From positions 116,295-180,294 of the forward strand of contig CAZIFD010000001.1 in the NCBI GenBank assembly GCA_964538685.1: 64,000 bases of DNA, read 5' to 3'. Every line of letters begins with the position of its first letter. The stretch's first letter is position 1. Both the position numbers and the translations under genes were made by a program. A model generated the notes under the pieces. That model was not told the origin of the DNA, did no database searches, and saw only the letters and a program-made list of their open reading frames with translations. Source of the stretch: an uncultured Bdellovibrionales bacterium. Its GTDB lineage: Bacteria > Patescibacteriota > Minisyncoccia > Moranbacterales > UBA2206. This document shows, one piece after another, positions 18,905 through 28,545 of this stretch.

Positions 18905-19291
18905 TTAAATTAAATCTTTTAATTTTATTTTTTCCAAAGTTTCTTCAATATTTTTTCCGACTACTGTCCAAACTTTTTTGAGTGGACAATTTTCTTCTTT
19001 ATGGCAAACACTTCCAATGCACTTCATCGGACTAATTGGTCCGTCCAGAGCGACAATAATTTGGCGGAGGCTGATTTTTTGAGCTGATCGGGAAAGGGTA
19101 TATCCCCCGCTTGGTCCTTTGGTGCTTTGGACTAAATCATTTTTTCTGAGAATATTCAAAAGTCTTTCCAGATATTTGGAAGAAATTTTTTCTTCTTTGG
19201 CAATTGTTTTGGCCGGCTTGGCTGTTTTTTTTGATTTGGCCAAATTTACCATTGCCTGAAGTCCGTATTCGGTTTTGGAGGAAAATTTCAT
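18905..19291 (-). CDS. Rrf2-family transcriptional regulator (IscR-like)
   Basis: N-terminal wHTH typical of Rrf2 (SKTEYGLQAMVNLAK), upstream of iscS-iscU. Confidence 0.75.
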   Translation of the reverse strand: MKFSSKTEYGLQAMVNLAKSKKTAKPAKTIAKEEKISSKYLERLLNILRKNDLVQSTKGPSGGYTLSRSAQKISLRQIIVALDGPISPMKCIGSVCHKEENCPLKKVWTVVGKNIEETLEKIKLKDLI

Positions 19292-19436
19292 TTCTTGTTT
19301 TATTCCCTTGAAAACGGGAATCTAGTCATAGGGTTAATATCCCACTAATTTAGTATGCTTTAAGTATAAATAAAAAACAGGAATAAGTCAACTTTCTGTT
19401 TTTTTATTTATATTTGTCAAATAAATACATACAAGA

Positions 19437-20102
19437 CTAATTTATAAACTCAAAACCGTTCAAAACCTTTGTATACCACTTTTCATTATCTTCAAGAGAT
19501 AACGATTCAGAAAAATTTGGATCATTAGTTATCTGCAAAAAATACAACTGTCCGTTCCTCGCAAAATAGAAATCATCATAGCTTCCTCCTTGCATTGTTC
19601 GGGATTCCAAGTGTAAAGCCTCTTGTCCGGCAATCTTTGCATTAGTCATAATTTTATTGGAATGACCCTCTGCTCCAAAATCTTCGGGTTTATGTCCCTG
19701 TTTTCCAATTACCCATTCTTTAACATTCATATTTGAGGGTATTTTATAAAAATCATTATCACCAGCGTCCTTACGCTGAGTGCTAACCTGAAAAACATAA
19801 TTATTTCCATCAGAAAGACCAACTGACAAAAAGTCATTGGTCGTCGCAGGATCAACTTCCAAACTTAACTCTTCCGGATATTGAAATTTTAATCCGAATT
19901 CTGAATTTTCATATACTTTTAAGTTCGTCTTGGCCTCAGTGGGCTCTTCCTGTTCTCCGCTTTTTATAGCTTCATTTTTATGTCCAGAATTTTCTTCCGA
20001 TTTTACATTATTTTCAATTTTATTTTTTTGCCCACAGCCAGACAGAACCATTACTCCCAGCACGACAAATGTTAAAACAAATTGTTTTTTTAGCTTGTTC
20101 AT
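19437..20102 (-). CDS. Lipoprotein, hypothetical
   Basis: Signal peptide with lipobox VLSGC. AT-rich, N/K-rich composition differs from neighbours. Confidence 0.55.
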   Translation of the reverse strand: MNKLKKQFVLTFVVLGVMVLSGCGQKNKIENNVKSEENSGHKNEAIKSGEQEEPTEAKTNLKVYENSEFGLKFQYPEELSLEVDPATTNDFLSVGLSDGNNYVFQVSTQRKDAGDNDFYKIPSNMNVKEWVIGKQGHKPEDFGAEGHSNKIMTNAKIAGQEALHLESRTMQGGSYDDFYFARNGQLYFLQITNDPNFSESLSLEDNEKWYTKVLNGFEFIN

Positions 20103-20201
20103 TTTTGATACTCAATTTCTAAATTATTACGATTCTAAAATATCATAGCATCTAAATTTTAGCAACTGAGTCAAACATAGAATAAGCTGTATCCTTTATC
20201 C

Positions 20202-20897
20202 CTACTCCGCCAATTCTCTTAATTTTTCTAAAAAGTCATTTGGACTAAAGATTTGCAAAATATCAAATCCTAATTTAGAATATGTCCCACTTTTATCAAT
20301 GCAATCATCTATTAATAAAACATCATTATAAGATAATTGATTATTTTTTAAATAATCATCAAAAAATGGAATCCTATTATCCTCTATATCAAATTTTAAC
20401 TTTTTGATATCAAAAGACACTATAAAGTCATCAAAATAATTATCCAACTTCATAGCTGGCTTCGTATACTTCATAAAGGTGTCCGTGTTGTCTGTGGAAA
20501 TAACACATTTAGTTCCTTTATTTCTAAGATTACTAATCAACATTAACACTTCGTCGTTAACCAATTGCATATTTTGACAACTTTCTGCAAGATCACTAAG
20601 AACTATATCTTTTGAATATCCAAACTTATTAGAAATAAGATTGGCAATGTACGCTTCATCAATTTTTGCCATCATCCAATCATTAATTAAGTGCTTGTTT
20701 TCTATAAAGATAAACTTAATGATATTTTCGTGCCAACTATGGCGCTTATGTTTTTCATCAGCTAATTGATTCCAGAACAAAGAGTTGGAAAGAGTCTTAT
20801 TCCAATCAAAAAAGATTACTTTATATTGTTTTTTATTCATACTATAATTATATATTTTTTCCATAAAAACAATGTCGTTGAATTTCGGATCTAGCAA
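20202..20897 (-). CDS. Hypothetical protein, HAD-like hydrolase signature with a variant motif I (DxNxT)
   Basis: hhhDWNKT (motif I-like), STDN (motif II-like), K (III), LLIDDCIDK (motif IV DD). Very AT-rich codon usage. Confidence 0.45.
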   Translation of the reverse strand: MLDPKFNDIVFMEKIYNYSMNKKQYKVIFFDWNKTLSNSLFWNQLADEKHKRHSWHENIIKFIFIENKHLINDWMMAKIDEAYIANLISNKFGYSKDIVLSDLAESCQNMQLVNDEVLMLISNLRNKGTKCVISTDNTDTFMKYTKPAMKLDNYFDDFIVSFDIKKLKFDIEDNRIPFFDDYLKNNQLSYNDVLLIDDCIDKSGTYSKLGFDILQIFSPNDFLEKLRELAE

Positions 20898-21053
20898 AAC
20901 AGGGCTATGTCTGTCGGTTTCATAGTTTTTTAACTTATTTTTTAAATACTTGCAATTTATTTAATTAATTATCCCTTTTGTGATATACTATCATCATTGG
21001 GAATTTATTGCCATATATTCTAACATAAGCAGATAAAATAAATATAAAGTTTT

Positions 21054-22178
21054 ATGCAAATATCCTATTCAGCGTTGGACACTTATCTTAATTGTCCGCT
21101 CAAATACAAGTTTCAGGCGATTGATAAGATTAAGACCCCCAAATCTAAAGAGGCGGTTTTTGGGACCGTGCTTCATGACACCTTGAAATTTGTTCATACC
21201 CCTGGTATTCTTTCCCCCACCTTGGAACAAGCAATGGAACATTTTGCCAATGCTTGGAATCCAATGGTTTTTGACGGCGAACAAGAAGAGCGAGCCGCTT
21301 TTTCGCAAGGAGTAAAAATTATTCAAGATTATTACCGAAAAAATAATCCGGCGGATGCCAACATCGTGGCCTTGGAATCACGGTTTCAGATTGAAATTGG
21401 CAAAGAGGGAAACAAACATATTGTTTCCGGTATCATTGACCGAATTGACAAGACCGAAGATGGTTATGAAATCATTGATTACAAAACCACCAAAAAAATG
21501 CCCACTCAAGAAAAAGTGGACAACGATTTGCAACTCTCGGTTTATCTTAAGGCTTTTTTGACTCACTATCCCAAAGAAATTGACAACCTCAAAAATTTGA
21601 AAGTAAGTTTGTATTTTCTGAAGCATGGTGTGAAACTTACGGCTGGCAGAAGCTTAGAACAACTCAAGGAAAGTGAAAATTTGTTTTTGGACACTATCAA
21701 AATTATTGAAGAAGGAAAATTTGAACCCAACATTTCCCCTCTTTGCGATTGGTGCGGGTATCAAAATATTTGTCCAATGTGGAAGCACAAGTTCAAGGAG
21801 CTTCGGAAAATTGACACTGATGAAGTTAATGAAGCTATTTCTGAGTACATTGAACTCAAATCGGCTGTTTCCATTACCAAAGACCGTCTGGCGGAATTGC
21901 AAGAAAAGATTTTGGAATATATGTCGCAAGAAGGAGTGGACAGGGTTTTTGGAGAAAACGGAGTGATCGGACAATCACTTAGAAAAACTTACAAATACGA
22001 CGAAAAAAGATTGCGAGAAATTTTGGAACCGCTGGACAAATGGGAAGCGGTTCTCAAGGTAGATGGTATTGCTCTTCGGAACATTCTTGGAGTTTTGCCT
22101 GCGGAAGCTAAAAAAGAAGTGGAAAAATCCAAAGTGGTGGACAAGGAAACCAAAAGCCTTTTGGTGAAGAAAAAGTAG
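21054..22178 (+). CDS. PD-(D/E)XK nuclease superfamily protein (RecB/Cas4-like) with C-terminal Cys cluster
   Basis: Nuclease core pattern (...IIDRIDKTEDGYEIIDYKTTKK) and C-terminal CDWCGYQNICPMWKH, reminiscent of a Cas4/AddB-type Fe-S module. Confidence 0.65.
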   Translation: MQISYSALDTYLNCPLKYKFQAIDKIKTPKSKEAVFGTVLHDTLKFVHTPGILSPTLEQAMEHFANAWNPMVFDGEQEERAAFSQGVKIIQDYYRKNNPADANIVALESRFQIEIGKEGNKHIVSGIIDRIDKTEDGYEIIDYKTTKKMPTQEKVDNDLQLSVYLKAFLTHYPKEIDNLKNLKVSLYFLKHGVKLTAGRSLEQLKESENLFLDTIKIIEEGKFEPNISPLCDWCGYQNICPMWKHKFKELRKIDTDEVNEAISEYIELKSAVSITKDRLAELQEKILEYMSQEGVDRVFGENGVIGQSLRKTYKYDEKRLREILEPLDKWEAVLKVDGIALRNILGVLPAEAKKEVEKSKVVDKETKSLLVKKK

Positions 22179-22182
22179 TTTT

Positions 22183-22875
22183 TTATTTTATGACAGTTCC
22201 CTTGAATTTCTTGTCGTCCAAATAGTTTTCTATATTCTTGAGATTTTTTCCGTTCATAATTGCCACTTCCAAGCCTATTTCTTCGGCCAATTTAGAAGCA
22301 ATCGGATCAAAAGGAGCATTCATTCCCGGGTCCCAAGTACTGCCGACCATTTTTCGGAAATCTTTCCAGGCGATGTTTTCCAATTTTTTGGCATCCGGAA
22401 ATTTACGCGGATCCTTGTCGCAAACGAAGTCAATATTGGAAAGGTTTAAAACTTTTTTTGCTCCCAAATACTTGGCCAAAAGCACTGCGTCATAATCAGT
22501 GGAAAACCCCGGTCTCCAGCCGGACGCTACCATAATATCTTCTTTGAAGTTATAGAAATCTTCCAAGTCGTTGGGATTTTTGTTTATGACTGGATGGCAA
22601 TTTTGACGAAAGATGGTTCGGATGAAATGAGCGTTCATTCGGGTGGCGTGGATTCCCAGCCAGTCGCGGTCATCATTGGTGAGTTTGGTTATTTTGGAGG
22701 CTGCTTCTTGGTATTTTCTGGCTAGCTTTCCCCCACCGGCAATGATAACAAATTTGTAGCCGTTTTTGATTTGATTCTCAATGGTTTTTTTAAACTTTTT
22801 GACGAATTGCCAGTCAATTTCTTCCGGAACAATAAGCGATCCGCCCAAGGAAATAATGGCTAACTTCTGTTTCAT
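22183..22875 (-). CDS. pyrH: UMP kinase, archaeal-type (amino-acid kinase family)
   Basis: LGGSLIVPE...IIAGGGKLARKY...GIHATRMNA...VASGWRPGFSTDYDAVLLA...GTVIK is collinear with archaeal PyrH. Confidence 0.65.
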   Translation of the reverse strand: MKQKLAIISLGGSLIVPEEIDWQFVKKFKKTIENQIKNGYKFVIIAGGGKLARKYQEAASKITKLTNDDRDWLGIHATRMNAHFIRTIFRQNCHPVINKNPNDLEDFYNFKEDIMVASGWRPGFSTDYDAVLLAKYLGAKKVLNLSNIDFVCDKDPRKFPDAKKLENIAWKDFRKMVGSTWDPGMNAPFDPIASKLAEEIGLEVAIMNGKNLKNIENYLDDKKFKGTVIK

Positions 22876-23010
22876 TTTTTTTGAAAATTAAAATTAAAAT
22901 TTGACCAAAATAAAAGCCAATCAATTTGGCTGAAAGAACATAAAAATTAGAAAAAACAAATTTATTTCGCTTGCGAGATTTTTATCCTTGATTCATCCTA
23001 ATCCAATATC

Positions 23011-23430
23011 TTATTTTAGACAAGTCCCGCAAGGTTCAAAGCCTTTTTGTTTGGCTTCTTCCTCGCTTTCAAAACAAATTTTATTTTCCGGTTTAATATT
23101 TTTGGCAAAGCGACAAGTTGGAAGATGGTATTTTTTGGAGTTTTTGCTGGCCACAAAAGCACATTCTTTTTGAGAGCTTTCATTTTCCTTGGGAACGGTT
23201 TTTGACTCCGAAACAGATGTTTCAGGGACTGAAGAATTATTTGAGTTTTCAGGGCAATTTTGAACGCAAGGAGAAGCTTTTTCTAGTGAAACGAAAGATT
23301 TGGATTGATTTTTTCCTTGCAAATAGCCTCCCTCAAAAGAAATAGTGGCCACCAGCAAAAAACCTATCACTAGAATTATTTTAGTTTCATATTTTTTCCA
23401 AAAATCCTTTATTTTAGCTAAATTTAACAT
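23011..23430 (-). CDS. Membrane-anchored protein with C-terminal Ada-type Zn-binding-like domain
   Basis: N-terminal TM, S/N-rich linker, C-terminal YHLPTCRFAKNIKPENKICFESEEEAKQKGFEPCGTC (CxxxxC...CxxC pattern of the Ada N-terminal metal-binding fold). Confidence 0.5.
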   Translation of the reverse strand: MLNLAKIKDFWKKYETKIILVIGFLLVATISFEGGYLQGKNQSKSFVSLEKASPCVQNCPENSNNSSVPETSVSESKTVPKENESSQKECAFVASKNSKKYHLPTCRFAKNIKPENKICFESEEEAKQKGFEPCGTCLK

Positions 23431-23436
23431 TTTTTA

Positions 23437-23465
23437 TTGACAAATTAATTAAAATATGCTAGAGT
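23437..23465 (+). promoter_or_regulatory. Sigma70-like promoter (TTGACA-17-TAGAGT) driving a short SD-led ORF/leader
   Basis: Perfect -35, 17-nt spacer, 4/6 -10. Followed by AAGGAGG, then a GTG-initiated 32-aa basic ORF (23507-23605), then hairpin plus T5 (23603-23650). Confidence 0.35.
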
Positions 23466-23646
23466 GCCAAGTCGGAGAATGAATTATTTCCGATTTCGGA
23501 AAAGGAGGATCCGAAATTGTGAACAACAAACCCCGACAGAAAAAAGGAGGTGATAAAATAAAAAAAGAAAATCAACAACACACCCCCTCAGGGGGTCGAG
23601 GTCGCCAGCGAGCCTGACAAACTTGCGTAAGAGCGACCTCTTTTTA

Positions 23647-23674
23647 TTGACATTGTAGCATAACTTGCTATAAT
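23647..23674 (+). promoter_or_regulatory. Perfect consensus sigma70 promoter (TTGACA-16-TATAAT) for rpmA
   Basis: TTGACA 23647-23652, TATAAT 23669-23674, about 70 nt upstream of the rpmA ATG. Confidence 0.55.
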
Positions 23675-23746
23675 AAACAGCGTTAATCATTTATTCAATT
23701 TTAGGCATACTAGACATTAAACCCTAGGTACCAAATAGCTAATAAT

Positions 23747-24037
23747 ATGGCGCATAGAAAAGCAGGTGGATCTACACAACTAGGAAGAGATTCAATTTCT
23801 AAAAGATTAGGAGTGAAAATCTTTGGCGGTCAGAAAATTAAGACCGGACAAATTATTATTCGTCAAAGAGGAACCAAATTCCGACCGGGAGAAAATGTCG
23901 GACGAGGAGAAGATGACACTCTTTTTGCTCTTAAGAACGGAGTAGTGAAATTCATAACTAAAAAAGTGAGAAAGTTTACCGGAAAGATGATTGCCAAAAA
24001 AGTAGTTTCCGTGGTTCCGGAAGAAAAAAATAAATAA
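23747..24037 (+). CDS. rpmA: 50S ribosomal protein L27
   Basis: [29 protein letters not shown] is the canonical L27 N-terminus. Confidence 0.9.
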   Translation: MAHRKAGGSTQLGRDSISKRLGVKIFGGQKIKTGQIIIRQRGTKFRPGENVGRGEDDTLFALKNGVVKFITKKVRKFTGKMIAKKVVSVVPEEKNK

Positions 24038-24058
24038 TATCTTTAGTTTGAAAAAAGT

Positions 24059-24086
24059 AAAACCCGCCGGTTGGCGGGTTTTTTAG
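24059..24086. terminator. Bidirectional intrinsic terminator AAAACCCGCCGGTTGGCGGGTTTTTT shared by rpmA (+) and pyrG (-)
   Basis: Perfect GC stem with A4/T6 flanks between convergent genes. Confidence 0.6.
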
Positions 24087-24106
24087 TGTTCTCTAATAGT
24101 CCTTTT

Positions 24107-25744
24107 CTATTTTTTCTTGGAAGCAATCTTTATAAATTCCAAGAACAAAGGATGAGCGTCCAGCGGAGTAGACTGAAGTTCCGGGTGAAATTGAGTTCCC
24201 AGGAAAAAGGGATGAACATTTTTTGGCAATTCGGCGATTTCCATCAGTTTTCGGTCGGGCGAAATTCCGGAAAAAATCAAACCTGCTTTTTCCAATTTTT
24301 CAATATATTCCGGATTTACTTCCCAACGATGACGATGTCTTTCGGAGATAGATTGTTTTTTGTAGGCTCTTTCGGCAAGAGTGCCTTTTTTTATTTTGGC
24401 AGGATAGGCTCCGAGGCGCATAGTGGCTCCATAATTATGATCTTCTAGATTTTTCTTTTGTTCCGGCATAATGTCAATGACTGGATTTTTTGTTCGGCGG
24501 TCAACTTCGGTAGTGTGAGCGTCTTTGAGTCCCAAAACATTGCGGGCGAATTCAATGACAGCCAATTGCATTCCATAGCAAAGTCCGAAATAAGGAATTT
24601 TGTTGAGGCGAGCAAATTCAATAGCTTTTATTTTCCCTTCAATTCCTCGGGAACCGAATCCTCCCGGAATCACAATTCCGTCATACTGCTTCAGATTTTC
24701 TAATTTTTCCGGTTCTTTTTCAAAAAGCTCGCTGTTGATCCAATCAATTTCCGGTTTAATTTTTAGTTTATAAGAGGCGTGCTTGATAGCTTCAATAACG
24801 CTGATGTAGGCGTCGGAAAGAACGAAATCTCCAGTTCCGAAATATTTTCCGACAATGCCGATTTTGATTTTTTGTTTGGCGTTTTTTATGTTATCAACCA
24901 AATCATTCCATTGTTTGAGATCGGTCTTGCCATAAGGTAAGTTTAATTTTTTCAAAATCAAGCGACTTAAATCATCTCTTTCAAAATTGAGCGGAACTTC
25001 ATAAATCGTGTCAGTGTCGGGGGCGGAAATAACAAAGCGTTCCGGAATATTGCAAAACATAGCAATTTTTTCTTTTCGTTTCTTATCTAAATAAGTATCC
25101 GAGCGAGCCACAATGAAATCGGGCAAGATACCGGCTCCATTCAGAGTGCGAACAGCTGATTGCGTCGGCTTGGTTTTCATTTCCCCCACTTTGGATGGAA
25201 TGGGCAAATAGCTCACCATTACAAAAAGGACATCATCCGGATGCTTGATTTTCATCATTCGGGCTGCTTCCAGAAAAAGAATATTTTGATATTCCCCTAC
25301 AGTACCCCCGATTTCAATAAGAGTGATATCAGACTTGGCCAACTTGGAAGCCCTTTCAATTCGGTCAATAACTTCCAGTGGAATGTGTGGAACTACCTCA
25401 ACACACTTGCCTTCATATTCCAGGTTTCTTTCTTTGTGAATAACCGTTTCGTAGACTCGGCCGGTGGTCATATAGTTGTCGCGAGTAAGCGTGATTCCCA
25501 TAAACCTTTCATAATTTCCCATATCTTGGTCGGTTTCGTCTCCGTCAACAAGAACGAAAGTTTCTCCATGTTCGGTTGGATTCATTGTCCCGGCGTCAAC
25601 ATTGATATATGGATCAATTTTGAGAGCGGTAACGGCGTATCCGCGAGCCTTGAGAATCGTTCCGATAGACGAAGTGGTGATGCCCTTTCCTACTCCACTC
25701 ATCACTCCTCCGACCACAAAAATATATTTTCTATCTTGTTTCAT
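24107..25744 (-). CDS. pyrG: CTP synthase
   Basis: N-terminal synthase domain (IFVVGGVMSGVGKGITTSS), C-terminal glutamine amidotransferase (GLCYGMQ, ...HPE). Confidence 0.9.
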   Translation of the reverse strand: MKQDRKYIFVVGGVMSGVGKGITTSSIGTILKARGYAVTALKIDPYINVDAGTMNPTEHGETFVLVDGDETDQDMGNYERFMGITLTRDNYMTTGRVYETVIHKERNLEYEGKCVEVVPHIPLEVIDRIERASKLAKSDITLIEIGGTVGEYQNILFLEAARMMKIKHPDDVLFVMVSYLPIPSKVGEMKTKPTQSAVRTLNGAGILPDFIVARSDTYLDKKRKEKIAMFCNIPERFVISAPDTDTIYEVPLNFERDDLSRLILKKLNLPYGKTDLKQWNDLVDNIKNAKQKIKIGIVGKYFGTGDFVLSDAYISVIEAIKHASYKLKIKPEIDWINSELFEKEPEKLENLKQYDGIVIPGGFGSRGIEGKIKAIEFARLNKIPYFGLCYGMQLAVIEFARNVLGLKDAHTTEVDRRTKNPVIDIMPEQKKNLEDHNYGATMRLGAYPAKIKKGTLAERAYKKQSISERHRHRWEVNPEYIEKLEKAGLIFSGISPDRKLMEIAELPKNVHPFFLGTQFHPELQSTPLDAHPLFLEFIKIASKKK

Positions 25745-25861
25745 AAAAACAAACAGCTGGTTTGTGGCGAATATTTCGCAAAAAACAGCCGGGAATTAAA
25801 AAGTTAACTTGATAAATTATTCAAGAAATAATTTACCGATTTAATCTTTCAAGTCCAGATA

Positions 25862-25888
25862 AAAAGTCGCCTCCCCCGCGACTTTTGA
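25862..25888. terminator. Hairpin AAAAGTCGCCTCCCCCGCGACTTTTGAAAA, terminator-like, downstream of rplI
   Basis: 8-bp stem flanked by A/T runs in the pyrG/rplI intergenic region. Confidence 0.4.
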
Positions 25889-25911
25889 AAATCTTGTAAA
25901 TTACAAACGGA

Positions 25912-26352
25912 TTAATCTTTTTCTATGACTATTTTTATGGTGGTGCCTATTCCTTGAGAAAACTCAATCTTAACTTCGTATGTTCCTGTTTTTTTTAGGG
26001 GTTCTTGAAGCAAGATGGATTTTTCTTCTATTTCAATTCCTGATTTTTTGATAGCTTGATTAATTTCTCTGGCTGAAACAGAACCGAACAGTTTGCCGTT
26101 TTTTTCTTTAGCTTTCAGGATGAAAATTTTGCCTTTTAGTTGAGAAGCGATGTTTCTAAGATTATTTAGAACCGATTTTTGCTGTCTTTCAATTTCTTTT
26201 TTATTTTCCAATGCTTCTTTGATAGCATCTTCTGTAGCTGGTTGGGCTAGTTTTTTGGGAAATAAAAAATTCCTGGCATAACCGTCGGAAATTTCTTTAA
26301 TTTCTCCTTTTTTGCCTATTTTTTTGATATCTTCCAGTAAGACGATTTTCAT
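25912..26352 (-). CDS. rplI: 50S ribosomal protein L9
   Basis: MKIVLLEDIKKIGKKGEIKEISDGYARNFLFPKKLA is the L9 N-domain. Start moved to the internal Met rather than the table's 26394. Confidence 0.8.
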   Translation of the reverse strand: MKIVLLEDIKKIGKKGEIKEISDGYARNFLFPKKLAQPATEDAIKEALENKKEIERQQKSVLNNLRNIASQLKGKIFILKAKEKNGKLFGSVSAREINQAIKKSGIEIEEKSILLQEPLKKTGTYEVKIEFSQGIGTTIKIVIEKD

Positions 26353-26390
26353 ATGTTTATTATAGCAAAAAAATAATTTTGCGCAAAAAA

Positions 26391-27671
26391 TCAATTTTGA
26401 CCAATAATTTCCTTAATTTTTTCCATTGCTTTGTCAAATTGGGGATCTTTTTGGTTGTTGAAATCTTCCAAAGAGTAATCAATTTCAATGTCAGGCAGGA
26501 TTCCTTTTTCAGTTATGGAATCTCCATTGGGAGTGAGCCATTTGGCAACGGTTATTTTGACGCTGGTTTTTCCGGGAAGTTGCGTATATTCTTGGACAGA
26601 CCCTTTGCCGAAAGATTTTTTTCCGATAAGGGGGATTTGGCGATTGTCCCGAAGGGCTCCAGCTAAAATTTCCGAAGCGCTGGCACTGCCTTCATTTATG
26701 AGAACTACCAAAGGCAAATGACTGAGACTATCTCCTCCTTGAGTATAGTTGGAAATCTTATTTCCGGAACTGTCTTCTTCAATAACAATGGTTTTTCCTT
26801 TGCTAATCAACAAGTTTGCCACATCAACACACTTGTCCACAAATCCGCCGGGATTATTTCTCAAATCAAGGATTATTCCCGGGGAATTTGCAGAAATTAT
26901 TTGGCTGGCAGCTGTTCTGAATTCCCGAGTAGTTTCTTCGCCGAATTCGTTGATTTTCAAATAAGCTATATTGTTTTCTTTCATTTCCAACTTAACACTT
27001 TTAATTTCAATCGTGTCTCGGGTTATGATGATTTCCCGGGTAGTTTCTTCTCCTTTCCTAAAAATTGTCAATTTAACCGAGGTTCCTTTTTTGCCACGGA
27101 TCAATTCTACAGCTTTTTCAACTGTAATTTCCGAAGCTGACTGGTCTTCTATTTTAATAATTTTATCTCCTGCTCGGAGACCGGCTTTTTCAGCCGGAGA
27201 GTTTTCTAGTGGAGCTACAATGGTTAACAATTCATCTTTAATTCCCAGTTCGGCGCCAATCCCCTCAAAACTACCCCTGATTTCTTCGGCGAAGCTTTCG
27301 GTTTCCTTGGGATCAAAAAAATTACTGTAGGGGTCGCCGGTAGCTTCCAGCATTCCTTTGATAGCGCCATACATCATTTTTTGGGCGTCCAGAGTGTCTT
27401 TTTCATAATATTTTTCTTTGAGCAAATTCCAAACTTTCCAAAACAAAGAAAAATCCAAAGACGACTTATTTTCAGGATAAGAATTTTTTATGGTGAGTCC
27501 CGACAAGGTTAGTGCGGAATTTTTTTCTGAGGCCGATTGAGTTTTTCCTCTAGAATATCCAAAATAAAAACCGAAAAAAATCAAAGCGACAACTGAAAGT
27601 GTCAGAAAATATTTCTTAAAAAGGTGCGGGTTATTCGTTTGATTTGAATAGTTATTTTTTTCTTCAGGCAT
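26391..27671 (-). CDS. ctpA: Carboxyl-terminal processing protease (S41, PDZ-containing)
   Basis: N-terminal TM, PDZ (GLRAGDKIIKIED), S41 core (GPGIILDLRNNPGGFVD, ...SASASEIL). Confidence 0.8.
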   Translation of the reverse strand: MPEEKNNYSNQTNNPHLFKKYFLTLSVVALIFFGFYFGYSRGKTQSASEKNSALTLSGLTIKNSYPENKSSLDFSLFWKVWNLLKEKYYEKDTLDAQKMMYGAIKGMLEATGDPYSNFFDPKETESFAEEIRGSFEGIGAELGIKDELLTIVAPLENSPAEKAGLRAGDKIIKIEDQSASEITVEKAVELIRGKKGTSVKLTIFRKGEETTREIIITRDTIEIKSVKLEMKENNIAYLKINEFGEETTREFRTAASQIISANSPGIILDLRNNPGGFVDKCVDVANLLISKGKTIVIEEDSSGNKISNYTQGGDSLSHLPLVVLINEGSASASEILAGALRDNRQIPLIGKKSFGKGSVQEYTQLPGKTSVKITVAKWLTPNGDSITEKGILPDIEIDYSLEDFNNQKDPQFDKAMEKIKEIIGQN

Positions 27672-27675
27672 AAAT

Positions 27676-28512
27676 TTATTTTTTTTGAACCAATTTTTTT
27701 CCGTGATATTTTTTAAAGAATTTCAGCGCACTGGCAATATGAATCCAAGTTAGTCGGTTGAAAAGCAAGGAGTGAAGGACGCTTTTTCCGGCGGAGCCTT
27801 TGCCGTGGTAATGATAAACTTTAGCTTCAGGATAATAAACCACTTGAAGCCCTTGTTCCCAGCATCTTCGGCACCAATCAGTATCTTCAAAATACATTTT
27901 AAAGTTTTCATCCATCGGACCGATTAAATCGGCAGTTTTTTTTCTAAGCAAAAAAAACGAACCCATAATCCAATCAACTTTTCTAATGCTTTGGTGGTCA
28001 AATTCCTTCATCATAAACCAGTCCAAGTGTTTTTTTGCGAAACCGAATTTGCCCAAAAGAGTTCGGCGGTAAAGAATGGTGAGTGGGGTATAAAAACGAA
28101 AAGTTGACGGTTGCAGGGTTTCATTGAAATTGAGAAGTTGCGGACCGGCAATGCCCACTTCCGGGTGATCAACAATGAAATCCAATATTTTTTCAATGGC
28201 ATTTTTTTTGACGACAATGTCTCCATTCATAATCAAAAGAAATTCTCCTTGGACTGCGTTCAAACCGCGATTAACCGTTCCGCTAAAACCGATATTTCTT
28301 TTTTCCGGTAAAAATTTTATTTCCGGATATTCTTCTCTCATCATTAAGGCAGTATCTTCTTGGGTGGCGGAATCGGAAACAATTATTTCATAATCATTTT
28401 TTTTTAAGGTGATATTTTTAAGCACCGAATTCAAACAAACTTTCAAAAGTTCAGGATTGCGATAATGGGTAATGATAATGGAGAGTTTCATAAAAATTTT
28501 CTCAGGTTGCAA
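27676..28512 (-). CDS. Glycosyltransferase family 2
   Basis: LSIIITHY...DSAT...NGD...EDTDWCRRC is a GT-A/GT2 signature. Confidence 0.75.
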   Translation of the reverse strand: MQPEKIFMKLSIIITHYRNPELLKVCLNSVLKNITLKKNDYEIIVSDSATQEDTALMMREEYPEIKFLPEKRNIGFSGTVNRGLNAVQGEFLLIMNGDIVVKKNAIEKILDFIVDHPEVGIAGPQLLNFNETLQPSTFRFYTPLTILYRRTLLGKFGFAKKHLDWFMMKEFDHQSIRKVDWIMGSFFLLRKKTADLIGPMDENFKMYFEDTDWCRRCWEQGLQVVYYPEAKVYHYHGKGSAGKSVLHSLLFNRLTWIHIASALKFFKKYHGKKLVQKK

Positions 28513-28545
28513 ACAAGAAGCGCTTTCTTAGGGCGCTTCATTTTT

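Noticed and set aside
23484-23690. 68-aa minus-strand ORF in the rpmA upstream region
   Set aside because: It overlaps two promoters and a terminator hairpin, has no RBS, and has an odd Cys/Phe-rich composition. Likely spurious.
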